From positions 1 through 48,018 of the forward strand of contig JAKFBU010000059.1 in NCBI GenBank assembly GCA_036676985.1: a stretch of DNA of 48,018 bases, written 5' to 3'. Below are positions 47,453-48,018 of the stretch, piece by piece (the first letter of the stretch is position 1; each line of letters starts with the position of its first letter). The stretch comes from Candidatus Sericytochromatia bacterium (GTDB lineage Bacteria; Cyanobacteriota; Sericytochromatia; S15B-MN24; UBA4093). The position numbers and the translations under genes were made by a program. The notes under the pieces were generated by a model. The model made no database searches. It was given only the letters and a program-made list of their open reading frames with translations, and had not been told where the DNA came from.

Positions 47453-47815
47453 ATGATCAAGCACAAGGCCTGGCAAGAGCCCAAGGACCCCGAGGACGGC
47501 ATCCGCCTGCTCACGATGGCCATCTTCCCGCGGGGACAAAAACGGTCGATTTGTGACGTCTTCCTGCCCCAACTGGCTCCGGACGCGGACAAAGTGCAGG
47601 CGTATCGGCGGGGCGAGCTGTCCTGGGCCGCCTTTTCGAGCGCTTACCGGGCCAAGCTGAAACAGCCGGATCAACGGCACGTCATGGAACTGCTGGCGAC
47701 GCTCTGCCGTAACTTCTCGACCCATGTGACGGTCATGTGCGGGTGCGACGACCCCAAGACCTGTCACCGCACCGTCCTGGTCGAGGCCATCCAGGGCAGC
47801 TACCGGCATTCCTGA
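47453..47815 (+). CDS. DUF488 (YeaO-like) protein
   Basis: EDGIRLL...FPRG, LAP, F..AYR..L, CHRTVL; GAGGA RBS. Confidence 0.8.
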   Translation: MIKHKAWQEPKDPEDGIRLLTMAIFPRGQKRSICDVFLPQLAPDADKVQAYRRGELSWAAFSSAYRAKLKQPDQRHVMELLATLCRNFSTHVTVMCGCDDPKTCHRTVLVEAIQGSYRHS

Positions 47816-47900
47816 GCAGCCGTGGATCCGCTGGGCGGCAAAGAAAAAGGGTGCCGAACCCGTGCAGGCCAAACAGCCAAGAAGCAACGGGGGCACCCAG

Positions 47901-47972
47901 AGCCGGATGTGGGATTCGAACCCACGACCTTTCGATTACGAATCGAATGCACTACCTCTGTGCTAATCCGGC
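47901..47972 (-). tRNA. tRNA-Thr(CGT); CCA not encoded
   Basis: GCCGGAT/ATCCGGC acceptor stem, TTCGA-ttCGTaa-TCGAA anticodon arm, GGTTCGAATCC T-arm. Confidence 0.95.
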
Positions 47973-48018
47973 GAAGGAGTGAATGATACCAAAGCCCTTT
48001 TCGCTTGTAAAGTCGCCA

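Noticed and set aside
47901-47972. tRNA-Thr as island integration site
   Set aside because: No duplicated tRNA 3' end or integrase was seen and downstream genes have host-like composition.

Overview
High-GC bacterial chromosomal window with about 45 CDS, one tRNA-Thr(CGT) at the right end and no CRISPR array, rRNA or recognisable transposase. The many Ig/IPT lipoproteins and frequent GCGATCGC octamers suggest a non-photosynthetic relative of Cyanobacteria, but this is inference only. Core content is alpha-glucan/trehalose metabolism (glgX, malQ, treS, exported GH13 and GH36), a globin-coupled chemoreceptor, bacterial topoisomerase IB, a MocR regulator, an M13 peptidase, PlsC, MsrB and stress proteins. 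There are two AT-richer islets: about 1-2.3 kb (XRE regulator plus a lipoprotein with a Trp-rich hydrophobic tail) and about 17.1-18.6 kb (RelE-like TA pair next to a perfect 29-bp hairpin). The best leads are: (i) a bacterial protein carrying heme-thiolate peroxidase/peroxygenase-like motifs; (ii) two back-to-back candidate protease toxin/partner pairs, part of a set of signal-peptide-less enzymes with disordered N-termini; (iii) an ABC-cNMP protein with a triply degenerate ATPase; (iv) a lipoprotein metacaspase; (v) two unannotated Cys/His microproteins; (vi) a candidate structured RNA leader before a lytic transglycosylase. All family calls come from motif recognition by eye; no searches were run.
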